Below, piece after piece: positions 11,696 to 21,676 of a stretch of DNA of 29,948 nucleotides. Below the pieces are notes generated by a model, which had not been told where the DNA came from, ran no database searches, and saw only the letters and a program-made list of their open reading frames with translations. The position numbers were made by a program, and so were the translations under genes. The stretch is from Macrostomum lignano (Eukaryota): the NCBI GenBank assembly GCA_002269645.1, contig NIVC01002966.1, positions 1-29,948 of the forward strand. The letters are read 5' to 3'. Each line of letters starts with the position of its first letter. Position 1 is the stretch's first letter.

Positions 11696-12576
11696 TTGAA
11701 AACTCGTTTAGACTGGTCGCTAAAATCTGACAGAAACTTTCTCTCTAGCCGGATTACCAATCGTCCCATCGCCCACAGCAGCTCTCTGAAGCGGTCGTAA
11801 CTGTGGCACAGGTAGTTCAACACATCGTCACAGCCTAGAAAGCTCATGAGGATCTTTAGCGCCATCGACCGGCCAACCTCGGAGATGCACTCGCCCAGAC
11901 AGAAGGTGACTAGACGGAGGAGGTCGCCTCTGGTTGGCTGTAGGTGCTGCAACAACTGCTGCGGCTCCTGACGCTGGCAGACGGTCAGAATTAGCGACAA
12001 GGTGCAGATTCTCAGGTGCTCAGTGTCGCGAGTTTTCCCTACAACGCCCAGGAAAGGGAAGAAGAGGCGCAGAGTGCCGGACTCCAGGAACGGCTGTCGG
12101 GTGCGCCTGTCAATGACCAGACGCTGCTGCAGTGCCGCCACAGAGCAGAGCAGATGCACACCTTGGCTGTCCAGGTGCGGCGGATGAATGTCCGGATACA
12201 GCCGAACAGTCTCCATCACCAGCATAGCCAGCACACCTGGAGTGCACCACAGCAGACAGGCCAAATCCGGTATGATGTCGGACTTCTTGCAAAGTTCAAT
12301 AATAGCTGAATATCGCCTAGTATTGTCGGCTAGATCGGCCAGGGACATTGCCCAGTCCAACTGCTGCTGCTGCTGTTCTTGCAGCTGCTGATAGGCAAAT
12401 TCTGAGCCGTCGAAAGTTTCCCCGACTGGACTGTCTGTCGCCCCGTTGTACAGAATGTCCTGCTGCATCAGGGGCACGGAAGCTGAGTTGGTAAAGTCGC
12501 AATAACCCCTGCTCCATTCGATATCATACGATGCCTGGTGTGAGTGCTGCATCGGGTGGTCGGAAAGGTCAGCCAT
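11696..12576 (-). CDS. CNOT9: CNOT9/Rcd1 (CCR4-NOT subunit 9)-like protein, exon 1; divergent homolog, 439 aa after splicing
   Basis: IIELCKKSDIIPDLACLLW, LYPDIHPPHL, FFPFLGVVGKTRDTEHLRICTL and LNYLCHSYDRF match Rcd1 armadillo motifs ([62 protein letters not shown]). Phase-2 donor AA|GTAAGT at 11695 is frame-compatible with exon 2. Confidence 0.9.
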
Positions 12577-13315
12577 GTCTCGCTTTCTGTCTCTCCGTTG
12601 GCAGTCTGTCTAGATTTGATGCGCCAGGCTCTACTTATAAATCATCGGAGACCAGATGACTCATACACCTATTCAATAACTTCACTGTACGAGCTACTCT
12701 TCCCAGACTTGAATGTTGAGAGAAAAGGCAAAGTCAGTGAGCGTACACTGAAATGTACACAATCGGCTCATCGATATTTCTTGTCATTGGCTATCACTTT
12801 GTACAGTTGCCTTTTCGCTACACCTGTGAGTTCTGTTGTATCCGATATAATCGTGTGCAAATAACAGAAACGGAGATTATATTCATGTGTGTAAGTAGTC
12901 GCGTTGAAATTAAAATACCCTCTGCATAACCAATTAGTCAGTGAGTCAAAATAAAAGTCTTCATCATACGAACTAATTTTATCAGCATGAAATACAGTAC
13001 ATATCCAAGTCAAAACAGAGTGGCCAACAACTTTGTTTTACATACATACTTTTTAGAAATAACTTAGCGCTTTATCCTTTGCTTGTAGGCCTGCTATAAT
13101 TTCTAGTGTTGAAACTATAAATAAATAGATATATTTAGACTGTCAGCATCTGAGTCTGTCTAGAAATCACACCGTTAATCACCTAAATGTAGGAGTAAAT
13201 GGATTCATAAAGAAAACATGCAAACGAATAGTTTATCTTTAAACTTGTCAGTGTCGTTACAAAAATCTGATTGCAGTTTCTTTCTGATACAATTTAAAGA
13301 ACTGATGGAAAAGTT

Positions 13316-13891
13316 TTATCCAATCTTTTTTATGGAGATTGGTGGCAGACCGTTGAAGCCTCGTCGAATGTCCCCAACGCTGGGTATGGTGACAGGAGCC
13401 AGCTTATTGAAGTCGCAAAGTCTGGCTCGAGTTGCGCAGCGGATATTGCTGTACAGCAATGACTGCTGCTGCTGCTGTTGTTGTTGTTGCTGCTGCTGGT
13501 GGTAGCGTCTCTGCGTTAGTGTACTCGCCTCGGGGGCGGTGGCGAACGAGTTGTACCTCTCGGTTAGGTTTCTGAAGCTGAGCTGTTGCTTGCCTTTAAG
13601 TTCGGAGTCTACTACAGCTCGTCCAACCGTAAGCTTTGGCAAAGAGACGGTCGCCGGCTGAGGCGGGTTACCGTTCCTCAGAGTCGGCAGCTGGCTTCGC
13701 TGTCTGTGCTTGTGCTGGTCGGTTCGATTGCTACTGCCATCTGCTTGAAGATATGTCAGCCGGTGAGCTTGAGTCGTCTCACCAGAGGCAGCAAGGCTTC
13801 CGCTGCGGCTGTTGCCGCTGAGGTAGTTAGAGTACCACTTGGGAAAGCGAAAGGCTCCGTCAGTTTGTTGAGGCAGAGCCAGGATGTTCAT
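13316..13891 (-). CDS. Putative orphan 191-aa low-complexity protein with polyQ
   Basis: ATG in AAAAATG context, GC-richer than its flanks, CAG/CAA polyQ run; no recognisable domain. Confidence 0.35.
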   Translation of the reverse strand: MNILALPQQTDGAFRFPKWYSNYLSGNSRSGSLAASGETTQAHRLTYLQADGSSNRTDQHKHRQRSQLPTLRNGNPPQPATVSLPKLTVGRAVVDSELKGKQQLSFRNLTERYNSFATAPEASTLTQRRYHQQQQQQQQQQQQSLLYSNIRCATRARLCDFNKLAPVTIPSVGDIRRGFNGLPPISIKKIG

Positions 13892-14963
13892 TTTTTGATC
13901 CTTATCGACTGTGAGTTTTGTCTCCTGAGAAAAGCAGAGTTCTCATTCAAACTGGCTGTCTGCTCCTTCTTATCTAGTTTGAACTGTCTGCTTTTGGTCG
14001 ACTGTCTATCAAAAAGCAAGCTTTAACTGCACTAACCTCCTACCCCTAATCGCCTATGCGTCTCTGGTTGCCGATAGATACAATTACCAACTAATCTGTT
14101 TCGAAAGAAAATGGCGAATAGATACCAGAGAGGCCCAAGGAGAGACAGCAAGAAAAAAGATCGACATAGGCCAGCGCGACCCCGCGCTTAGGGGGCAACA
14201 CAGATTGCCTAAAATAGCTCGTAACAAATTAACTATTCAGTTAACGAAGTTGTTGCGAACTCTCTCCACCAGCACTATGCCGGTAGTCCGCATACAGGAA
14301 AGGCAAGAGAGCAGCTTAACCGTACACGTGGTCACTACAAGATGGACCATCACTTCCTTTGTTAGCCAATGCCAGAATCTGGATATTAATCACCTACTTC
14401 AGACTATGGAATTCTTGCCGGTTGCATGTAGCATCCATTGAAATGTACAATAAATCTTAAATTTGACTGAATGTTTACAAAAACTGAAAACTTCAGCGCT
14501 TACCCCTTACCCTTCTTATATTTATTGTATTTCAATTAGCAAAGCATGCAAATATTACATTGGGCGTTGAGTTGTAATTAACGACAATCCAAACCTTGGA
14601 ACCCGTTTTAATGTTTTTTTTTCTGTGTACCTTCAAAAACACTTATATGATCCTTCGGAATGAGGGAGAGGGACAATACAATTGTTAGCAACTGACTACT
14701 CATTAGTAATGTGCCATGCTAGCGGAAAATTAGTGAAATGATGTCAGCAATCAGAGGAGAGGTAGACTGACGGTCCCTTTCTCATTTTTAAAGTTATCTG
14801 GATGTCCTCTTCGAAAGTTATTAATTTTGCTTAATAGTAAGTCGTCCCTATTAAAATTTTCATCAATTGTCTTGCCTCTACGCTTATCTACCCATCCCTC
14901 CATGCTCTCGAATTGACGTCTCAGTCAACAACAAACAGGTGAATATTAGCCGCCAGGTGCGAC

Positions 14964-15339
14964 TCAATCTCGTTCGCTTGGCATCAGCGAGTAGCGCGGG
15001 CAATCCCGACGCCGTTTCAGGCATCGACCGCGGTGGAGCCACCGAGCCGACCTGTCGCACACGCAGCCTCCGACGCAGTCACTGCAGCGTTCCCGTCGCG
15101 CTCTCTGTCGACCACACTGACGAAGATCGCGGCAAACGCAATTAGAGTAGCGAAATTGCGGCGGGCAAAGCTGATCACCGCCTTGCTCTTCAGAACACGG
15201 GCGCGACAGAGCCGGGTCCATGGCTAGGACGGGAATGCCAACGTTGGCGCAGTCTCGCAGGGCGGCTCGAACCACCGGACACAGACAGCGCTCTGGGCTA
15301 CGCTGGTTGCGACAGGCGCACAGACGTTCGGTGCACCAG
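14964..15339 (-). CDS. BMPER: Crossveinless-2/BMPER exon 9 (end of C8 domain, TIL domain, stop)
   Basis: (N)WCTERLCAC..CLCPVVRAALRDC..CPPQFRYSNCVC..CVGGCVC..C. AAG acceptor at 15340, frame-compatible with exon 8; TGA at 14964. Confidence 0.85.
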
Positions 15340-15605
15340 CTTTGGGTAGTGATTGATAGGACCATGTGCATTCAGATGATGTTATATTAGTATTTTTGCA
15401 ATGATTTGAGAGGTCAATTGTTTGGGCCCAGAACAATGTCTATGTAACCCGGACGTTAAAAAATTTTCAAAGAGCAGCTTCAAACTAAATTACCATTGCA
15501 ATACCTGGACCCGGTTAATAACTCAGGTTAATAGCACACCCCTTTGCCCGCAATGGTCGCGAACATATTTCAAAGATAAATTCATTATCTAGAAGACTTT
15601 CTCAC

Positions 15606-16208
15606 TTGAAGTACAACTGCACCTGCACTCGATCCGAGCAACGCAGTCTCCGAAGCGCTCCGCAATGCTGCCTACGCCATCGCCTTAAACGACGTCGTTG
15701 TTTTGGTCGACCGCGAACCTCTGGGCAGGTCGCTAGCAACCGTCTTCGTCGACTGCCTCTCCTGCTACCGCGACTGTTCCCAGCTCGACAGATACCCCGA
15801 CGCCAAGACCTGTCTGGACGCCGTCGTCTTCGCTTGGCCGTCTCGCACAGCCCCTTGAACTGATTAGCGAGACTGCGCGGCCTCGCCTGCAGTTCCAGAT
15901 AGTCAGCGCCGTCCCATAGAATTGCAAGCCGACTAGAAGCTCCGGACACTCCAGACAGCGAGACCAACGCGTGTCCGGAAACGATTTCCATAGCAACCAA
16001 CGGCTCAGAGAGTGTTGGATCAATACGTGCGAGTCCAGTTGCTAGGACAGCTCGGCTGACCCAGCGACCGTTCAGGCGAGGCTGCAGTTCGGGGCCGAGC
16101 GTGAGCCGCCTGCCAGCGCCCCATCGGATGCTGAGCGTGGCGGGTACTCGACCGCCCGCTGTGAATCTGATTGATAAGCCTGTTCGCCTGCGTCTTGCTA
16201 GGGTGTAC
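15606..16208 (-). CDS. BMPER: Crossveinless-2/BMPER exon 8 (VWD body, Arg-rich linker, start of C8)
   Basis: Acceptor TTGACAG at 16209; YTLARRRR...ILWDGADYLELQARPRSLANQFKGLC (VWD WDG..GLC motif); donor AA|GTGAG at 15605; 603 nt, phases consistent. Confidence 0.85.
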
Positions 16209-16241
16209 CTGTCAATTTTTGTTTGGAGTCTTGGGTTTCAC

Positions 16242-16265
16242 ATCCTCCTATATACTAAAAATGGC
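16242..16265 (+). mobile_element. Helitron-like 5' terminus in a cv-2 intron (3' end not located)
   Basis: CATCCTCCTATATACTAAAAATG shares CTATATACTAAAAATG with 27901. Confidence 0.3.
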
Positions 16266-16777
16266 AAAATATCAAATATTCAACGTGCCAATCTTAGTAT
16301 CGAGATACCCTTAAATCGAGGACGTAGCCAAAATTTTAATCGTGCAGGGACATCGCTAGGGGCATTAACACAAGGAGCTTTAGCACCAGGGGCTTTAACA
16401 CCAACCCTCAATTCCCTCTGCTACGCTTCTGCCGTAGATACAAAATTAGGAAAGCTAGCAGTAGAATAAAAAGCTAGAAGTAAGAGTATGAGTATGTTTA
16501 CGGCTTCTACAGTCTTTAACCACTGCAAGAGCTAAATACTTCACTTTCTCTCCGTCCTGTAGAGCCGTCAGAAAATGAACTAAAAAAGTGGCACAAGTAG
16601 CGCAAGCACGAGCAGTATGTACGAGCTTATGTATGTTAGGAATGAAAAGGGTGTAAAGGGTGTAAACTTTAAATTCTTCGTTGACCGAGGACGTACACTG
16701 TAGTAGAGACATTTCCAGTTGCGGGAGGGAATTGGAAGGTAGAGCTGACGTTGGTTCGACAGCATTACTATGCTCAC

Positions 16778-16983
16778 CGACAGCCTTGAAGCATCTCGGC
16801 CGATCGAGCGTCGAAAGTTCGCAGCCTCTGCCGACTTGGCAGCCAGACGCAGACAGCCGACGCGTAGGTGTCGTTGCGTTGCTGACCGTCCGTCGATGCC
16901 AGACAGTCCAGCTGACGGCAGGACATCTGGCCAGAGTGGCAGGAGCACAGTGAGCACTTGTCGGGGCGCCACGTCTCGCCGTG
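16778..16983 (-). CDS. BMPER: Crossveinless-2/BMPER exon 7 (truncated VWC5, start of VWD)
   Basis: Acceptor CTCCCAG at 16984; HGETWRPDKCSLCSCHSGQMSCRQLDC...AVCVWLPSRQRLRTFDARSAEMLQGC; donor CG|GTGAG at 16777. Confidence 0.88.
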
Positions 16984-17301
16984 CTGGGAGAGATTTAGAA
17001 TAAAGCGGAAGTTTATGTCAGGAAAGCGTGTTGGGCTCATGGGTGCACTTCGAGTTTTTGAGTATTTGATATACGCATCATCTGATTGACTCTTGATTAT
17101 GACATGGAGACCTTGAACGAGAATCTGAAGTGTTCGGCCCCACCAAAAACACGGAGTATTAGTTTATAACTCAGTTTTGCAATTTTTTGCAAATAATTGA
17201 CTCTAGACTTTTTTTAATTCCTCGAAAGTTCATTCTGGTTACTATTGACTCTGGCCTGAGAAACAATGAGGACTGCAAGGCCAAAGATCCATCAAAGACA
17301 T

Positions 17302-17356
17302 GATCATCTTCTTCTTCATTATCAACATCATCATCATCATTATTATCATCATTATC

Positions 17357-17408
<52 letters not shown>

Positions 17409-17430
17409 CCATCATCACCATAATCATCAC
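17302..17430. repeat. (CAT)n trinucleotide microsatellite, intronic
   Basis: Direct reading; source of the polyH, polyD, polyM and polyI ORFs. Confidence 0.95.
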
Positions 17431-18181
17431 TCAGATGATTTACTGGTCCAAAGCGAAGCTGTGGCAGAAAATCCGCAAGAATGTTACAATTTTCGCAGCG
17501 TTTCCAATTAACATGACGAAATCCAAGATGCCACAACTGTACCAGCACTGTGGAATCGAGGTTCAAATCAGAACCTTACGCGCAATCTGAGAAGCACAGC
17601 CCTAATCTCTTTGCATACCCTTGAACTAGTGAACTAGATTCATCTAGATCTGTCCGAGTTTTCTCTTTCCCTCTCGCATTTGGTTTATTATTTCTGCTAG
17701 GCAACTATAAATCTTGGACAATAACTTTCTACCCAACTGTCTAAACCGGTCCCCCATTCCTAGTCAAAGGAGAAAGTCGCTAGTAGATGATAAACGTTTC
17801 TATGTGGTCCATCAGTTAGATGCTTATACCACTGACCATATTGGAAAGCTGACGATTAATAATTTTCTTTTTATCTCGCCACAGTTCATCGGCAGGTGAC
17901 TTTGCCGACAGCTGATTTTGTCTGGGCAACAAAATTTTGACTGGCCGCCAATCAAGCAGATTTTCTGACTTAGATAGGAGGATCGCTCTGATTAATCATG
18001 GATGTACCTCTTTTCCAAAGAAACTTCGGTTGCTCTTATCGTTATATCGTCTATGGCAAAAATCCATTCAGAGCTAGGCTAATTTGTTGCAAGTGTGCAG
18101 ATGTACAACCGACAGCTCAGCCGCAGCTATTGCGCGGCGCATCTGAAGGCTCCATCCAAGTCCAAGGTCAGTCCAAGGACT

Positions 18182-18370
18182 AGGGGGGGGGGTCGCCACA
18201 CACACACCTCCAATTACCCCAGCTAATGCTGGCACCCATTTTACGGCTGGGTGATCTGAAGCAATGCAGAGTTAAGTGTCTTGCTCAAGTACACAAATTG
18301 TTTTAGTGGGATTGGGAATCGAACCCCGGAACTCAAGTCGTGAGTCCAACGTTCTGACCACTAGGCTACA
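18182..18370 (-). mobile_element. tRNA-derived SINE with a CORE (MIR-like) domain
   Basis: Minus strand: A box TAGCCTAGTGG, B box GGTTCGATTCCC, then TGTGTACTTGAGCAAGACACTTAACTCTGCATTGCTTCAGATCACCCAGCCGTAAAATGGG, resembling the CORE consensus TGTGACCTTGGGCAAGTTACTTAAC...CTGTAAAATGGG. Confidence 0.75.
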
Positions 18371-18416
18371 ACCTCAATCTCTAAGCTTAAAAATTGATGT
18401 AATGTCAAAGCTTTCT

Positions 18417-18585
18417 TAGAGGCAGGGGGGTTGTGTGCACCCTGGCGCACTTTAAGCGACATTGTCACACAACCGGCGAGAGGCATTACTGCCCATTCCG
18501 CCGACTCCACTGAGCAGGAGGCACACAAGCGCGCGGATACGTACGCAGTCATACGCACAGGTAGGAGTGTACAGCGGCCCTAGAT
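18417..18585 (+). repeat. Dispersed repeat (probable MITE fragment), copy 1
   Basis: About 130 bp are the reverse complement of 25225-25362; the 3' end CAGCGGCCCT resembles the reverse complement of 27567-27615. Confidence 0.8.
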
Positions 18586-18738
18586 TTAATTATCGTTAGG
18601 CATGTACACTTCACTGTGCCTTCACTGTGCCTTGGGGGTTGGCCTCAAGGGCGTTAATAGCACGAGCAGAGCCAAGCCGAGATTCCAATTTAGCCCCAAA
18701 TTAATGTGACAAGAATTTAGGAATACAGAGCAGCTCAC

Positions 18739-18891
18739 CCGATAGCGTCTACCGCTGGAGTCGCCGCAGTCCTCCTGTCTGCGGCCACTGCTGCAGACTT
18801 TGCAACACTCTGACGGACTTGGCAGCAGCTGCTGCGACTCCGGACAGGTCAGAATCGGACAGTTAGTTCGTCGACAATGAACCGTGCCCGC
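18739..18891 (-). CDS. BMPER: Crossveinless-2/BMPER exon 6 (VWC4 C-terminal half, VWC5 start)
   Basis: AGTVHCRRTNCPILTCPESQQLLPSPSECCKVC...CGDSSGRRYR; acceptor CCACAG at 18892, donor GTGAG at 18738; 153 nt, phase 0/0. Confidence 0.9.
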
Positions 18892-19072
18892 CTGTGGGTT
18901 GCGTCAAGGAAGTCTGGGATTATTTCATATGATTTTTGTACCACCTTAGCAAGTGCCTGAAGAAAGAAGAAGCAAAGATGTTTCCCCACGTAAATTTCGA
19001 CAATTTGTCAGAGAAGCCAAAATCTACTTTCAGAAATCAGTCACGCTAATTGTATCTTCAGAGCAGAACTAC

Positions 19073-19197
19073 CTGACATGAGCAATGGGTGCAGGCGTCC
19101 TGCCGCCAGCTGGTGCCATTGACGTACGCGGAGCCTTCGAACAGGCACTGATCCAAGCTGGTCATGCGCCTGAGACGGCGGTCTTCGCCAAATTGTT
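19073..19197 (-). CDS. BMPER: Crossveinless-2/BMPER exon 5 (VWC4 N-terminal half)
   Basis: QCLFEGSAYVNGTSWRQDACTHCSCQ; acceptor TTTTGCAG at 19198, donor CAG|GTAGT at 19072. Confidence 0.9.
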
Positions 19198-19404
19198 CTG
19201 CAAAATTCGAAAAATGAACAAAAACTTTTTTAGCACCATGCCAGTTCGATATTTCAACTGGGAATTCAAACTGGTTAAATAATTTACGCTCGTAGGCAGG
19301 TGTCCCTTTTAAAAATTTACGCCTTCAAACTACTAATTACTCGTTTCGAAAACAATTATGTCATGACTAATGAATCTTTGAGCGCATGTCATGAAAGAGA
19401 CATA

Positions 19405-19545
19405 GAGATATAGAGAAAGAGAAGAGAGGGAGAGAAGGGAGAGAGGGAGAGAAGGAGACAGATAGAGAGGGGAGAGAAGAGAGAGAAGGGAGGGTTGGAG
19501 AGGGAGAGAGAGAGGGAGAGAGGTAGAGAGAGAGAGAGAAGAGAG
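19405..19545. repeat. GA-rich simple repeat, intronic
   Basis: Direct reading. Confidence 0.9.
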
Positions 19546-19575
19546 GTCACGGCGTGTTTAAAAAAAATTGAATAT

Positions 19576-19617
19576 GGGCTACCGGTTTCGAGCCTCTGGG
19601 CTCTTCGTCAGCTGCCC
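19576..19617 (-). ncRNA. Minimal type I hammerhead ribozyme-like motif (Penelope-like element type)
   Basis: Minus strand GGGCAG-CTGACGA-A-GAGCC-CAGA-GGCTC-GAAA-CCGGTA-GCCC: CUGANGA and GAAA cores, 5-bp stem II, palindromic ACCGGT stem III, GUA triplet; stem I imperfect. Confidence 0.7.
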
Positions 19618-19701
19618 GTGTTTCTAAGTCAAGTAAGTAAAATGCTTAGAGATTGTGAAGGCAAATAATATTTTACCCAATGCGAAAGACAAAAAACTCA
19701 C

Positions 19702-19886
19702 TTCTGCAACTCATGCACTGGCCGTCCATCTGTTGCACCTCACGTGGGCAGTTGGGCACGTGACAGACATCCTTGTGGCAGGCCAGAGTGCCACCCGAGC
19801 ACCGGCACACGATTGATTGGTCGTCGAATGGTCTCACGATTTCGTCTGGCAGCATCGGCAACTGCTTTAGCGAGCAACCGAAGCAG
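19702..19886 (-). CDS. BMPER: Crossveinless-2/BMPER exon 4 (VWC3)
   Basis: CFGCSLKQ...VCRCSGGTLACHKDVCHVPNCPREVQQMDGQCMSCR; acceptor CCAACAG at 19887, donor A|GTGAGT at 19701. Confidence 0.88.
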
Positions 19887-19938
19887 CTGTTGGAGAAATG
19901 CATCTGGCTTGTACTTGCATTTTAATGTAATTACTTGT

Positions 19939-19981
19939 AACTAACAAACAAACAAACAAACAAACAAACAAACAAACAAAC

Positions 19982-20026
<45 letters not shown>

Positions 20027-20027
20027 C

Positions 20028-20086
<59 letters not shown>

Positions 20087-20115
20087 GACTGACTAACTAA
20101 CTAACTGACTGACTG

Positions 20116-20194
<79 letters not shown>

Positions 20195-20259
20195 GACTAA
20201 CTAACTGACTGACTAACTAACTAACTGACTGACTGACTAACTAACTAACTGACTGACTG

Positions 20260-20294
<35 letters not shown>

Positions 20295-20350
20295 GACTGA
20301 CTAACTAACTAACTGACTGAGTAACTAATCAACTGACTGACTAACTAACT
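19939..20350. repeat. (AAAC)n followed by (CTAA/CTGA)n tetranucleotide microsatellite, intronic
   Basis: Direct reading. Confidence 0.97.
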
Positions 20351-20439
20351 ATATAAATAGAATAAGCGACTAAATAATTTCCCAGCGTTCCTGAGTCTCC
20401 CGTAATTTTACATCCCTGTTTATTATACAGAGGACAGAC

Positions 20440-20723
20440 CTGGGGCAACACTGGCCCGGCAACCTCAGCTGATACTCTGGCGAGCATGGCGGATGGCACA
20501 GCCTGCGGAACTCGGTGACAACACCTGCCACGCAGAGGCTGATCTCGCACGCATCTGACGATTGAGGCCGCTGGACCAGCTCACGATGAAGCAGCAGCTG
20601 CCGGTTGCCAGGCTGGCGAAGTCTGCAGGAGCGACAGTTCTGGCAGCAGACGTCATTCTGAGTGACGTAGCAAGAGGTGTCCACACTGGGGCACTGAGCC
20701 AGCCAACAGGAGTAAATGCCGTT
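20440..20723 (-). CDS. BMPER: Crossveinless-2/BMPER exon 3 (VWC1 C-terminal half, VWC2)
   Basis: NGIYSCWLAQCP...CCQNC...CVAGVVTEFRRLCHPPC...GQCCP; GVVTE matches BMPER VWC2 as recalled; acceptor ATGCAG at 20724, donor AG|GTCTG at 20439. Confidence 0.9.
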
Positions 20724-20976
20724 CTGCATAACGAGTCAATTTGGGAACAAAATCAAATAGCAAGTCACGCATATTCTGGTTTTCTGCTGACAAATGGAGT
20801 CAAATATCACGCTACTAAGATATTTAATGTTCTCAAAAATCAACTTGTCCACTGATCAAACAGATCAATATAGATCGTACTCATCTATCTATGCATGAAT
20901 TTCACTTTTCATCAACTTAATCAGGCATCGACTGACCAATAAAATCATCAATAGAGCTTATTTACTCATCAAAGGC

Positions 20977-21400
20977 ACTCATCTACTCACCAATAGAACT
21001 CATCTACGAGTACTAACCAATAGAACTCATCTACTAACCAATAGAACTCATCTACTAACCAATAGAACTCATCTACTCACCAATAGAACTCATCTACTCA
21101 CCAATAGAACTCATCTACTCACCAATAGAACTCATCTACTCACCAATAGAACTCATCTACTCACGAATAGAACTCATCTACTCACGAATTGAACTCATCT
21201 ACTTACCAATAGAACACATCTACTCACCAATAGAACTCATCTACTCACCAATAGAACTCATCTACTCACCAATAGAACTCATCTACTCACCAATAGAACT
21301 CATCTACTTACCAATAGAACTCATCTACTGACCAATAGAACTCATCTACTCACCAATGTAGCTCAACTACTCACTAATAGAACTCATCTACTCATCAATG
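20977..21400. repeat. 21-bp minisatellite (CCAATAGAACTCATCTACTCA), about 20 copies, intronic
   Basis: Direct reading. Confidence 0.95.
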
Positions 21401-21529
21401 GAAAAAAGCAAATCAGATTGTCTAGTCATTAATAAAATAACGGGCTTTTCCGTACTCGGTCAAAAAATCAGAATTCTCTAGAGAGAGAAACTTCTACCAA
21501 CCGAAGACATCAACAAGCGTCTCACTCAC

Positions 21530-21606
21530 TCGACAGCTGCACTGATGACACGGCGGACTAATAAAGTCCCTTATTTGTCCACTGCATCGGAGAAATTGTT
21601 CTTCAC
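21530..21606 (-). CDS. BMPER: Crossveinless-2/BMPER exon 2 (VWC1 start)
   Basis: (G)EEQFLRCSGQIRDFISPPCHQCSCR; acceptor TCTTCAG at 21607, donor GTGAGT at 21529; phases match both neighbours. Confidence 0.82.
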
Positions 21607-21676
21607 CTGAAGATAAAATCAATACTTGTCAAAAATCTGTCCCATTTTATAAACACACCTATGAAGCAGAACTCAC

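Noticed and set aside
14108-14441. AAAATGGCG-initiated basic ORF and the 78-aa ORF after it
   Set aside because: The ATG frame stops after 26 codons; the second ORF starts at TTG in another frame and has no motif.
11934-16023. Plus-strand and alternate-frame ORFs overlapping the CNOT9-like, polyQ and cv-2 exons
   Set aside because: Shadow ORFs of GC-rich coding sequence on the other strand or frame.
17171-17590. PolyD, polyH, polyM and polyI ORFs
   Set aside because: (CAT)n microsatellite inside a cv-2 intron.
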